Origin: PVC group bacterium
Lineage (GTDB): Bacteria > Auribacterota > Erginobacteria > Erginobacterales > Erginobacteraceae
Direction of reading: 5' to 3'
Assembly (NCBI GenBank): GCA_043804695.1
Contig: JAZDIV010000124.1
Coordinates: 1-16,552 of the forward strand
DNA length: 16,552 nt
Shown: one piece after another, positions 16,502 through 16,552 of the stretch
Numbering within the stretch: the first letter of the stretch is position 1
How the letters are laid out: each line of letters opens with the position of its first letter
Notes under the pieces: model-generated
What the model saw: only the letters and a program-made list of their open reading frames with translations
Databases searched by the model: none
Told to the model about the DNA's origin: nothing
Program-made: the position numbers and the translations under genes

Positions 16502-16552
16502 TGTGGGAAAGCTTGTTAAGCCCGATTCCCTGCTTCCCTGGATCGAGGTTGG
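16502..16552. repeat. Inverted REP pair (REPIN-like), truncated by the window end
   Basis: Degenerate TGTGGGAAAGCTTGTTAAGCCCGAT (16502-16526), then GGATCGAGGTTGG (16540-16552), identical to 11805-11817. Confidence 0.6.

Overview
Bacterial, mostly GC-rich window of cell-surface genes. In order: (1) a large secreted minus-strand protein with six NHL blades, two Pro/Thr linkers around an unknown domain, and six 40-aa FG-GAP/VCBS-like C-terminal repeats; (2) a divergent four-gene type IV/T2SS minor-pilin operon ending in an unusually short PilX/GspK-like gene; (3) two tandem, separately promoted paralogs that look like the missing C-terminal part of PilX fused to their own signal peptides; (4) an operon of a membrane-anchored protein, SGNH hydrolase, ABC ATPase and ABC permease; (5) two convergent, AT-richer GT-C fold glycosyltransferases (TMTC-like with TPRs; ArnT/PMT-like). 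The best candidate for a new system is a split tip pilin with two interchangeable secreted head modules. Non-coding structure is rich: mirror-image divergent promoters, a duplicated hairpin leader flanking the SGNH gene, REP-like repeats inserted in frame in the permease, a nested MITE-like element, and hairpins built from 8- and 9-mer tandem units. The C-terminal repeat style recalls Auribacterota/PVC-related MAGs, but this is an unverified recollection. All family assignments are from motif recognition, not database searches.
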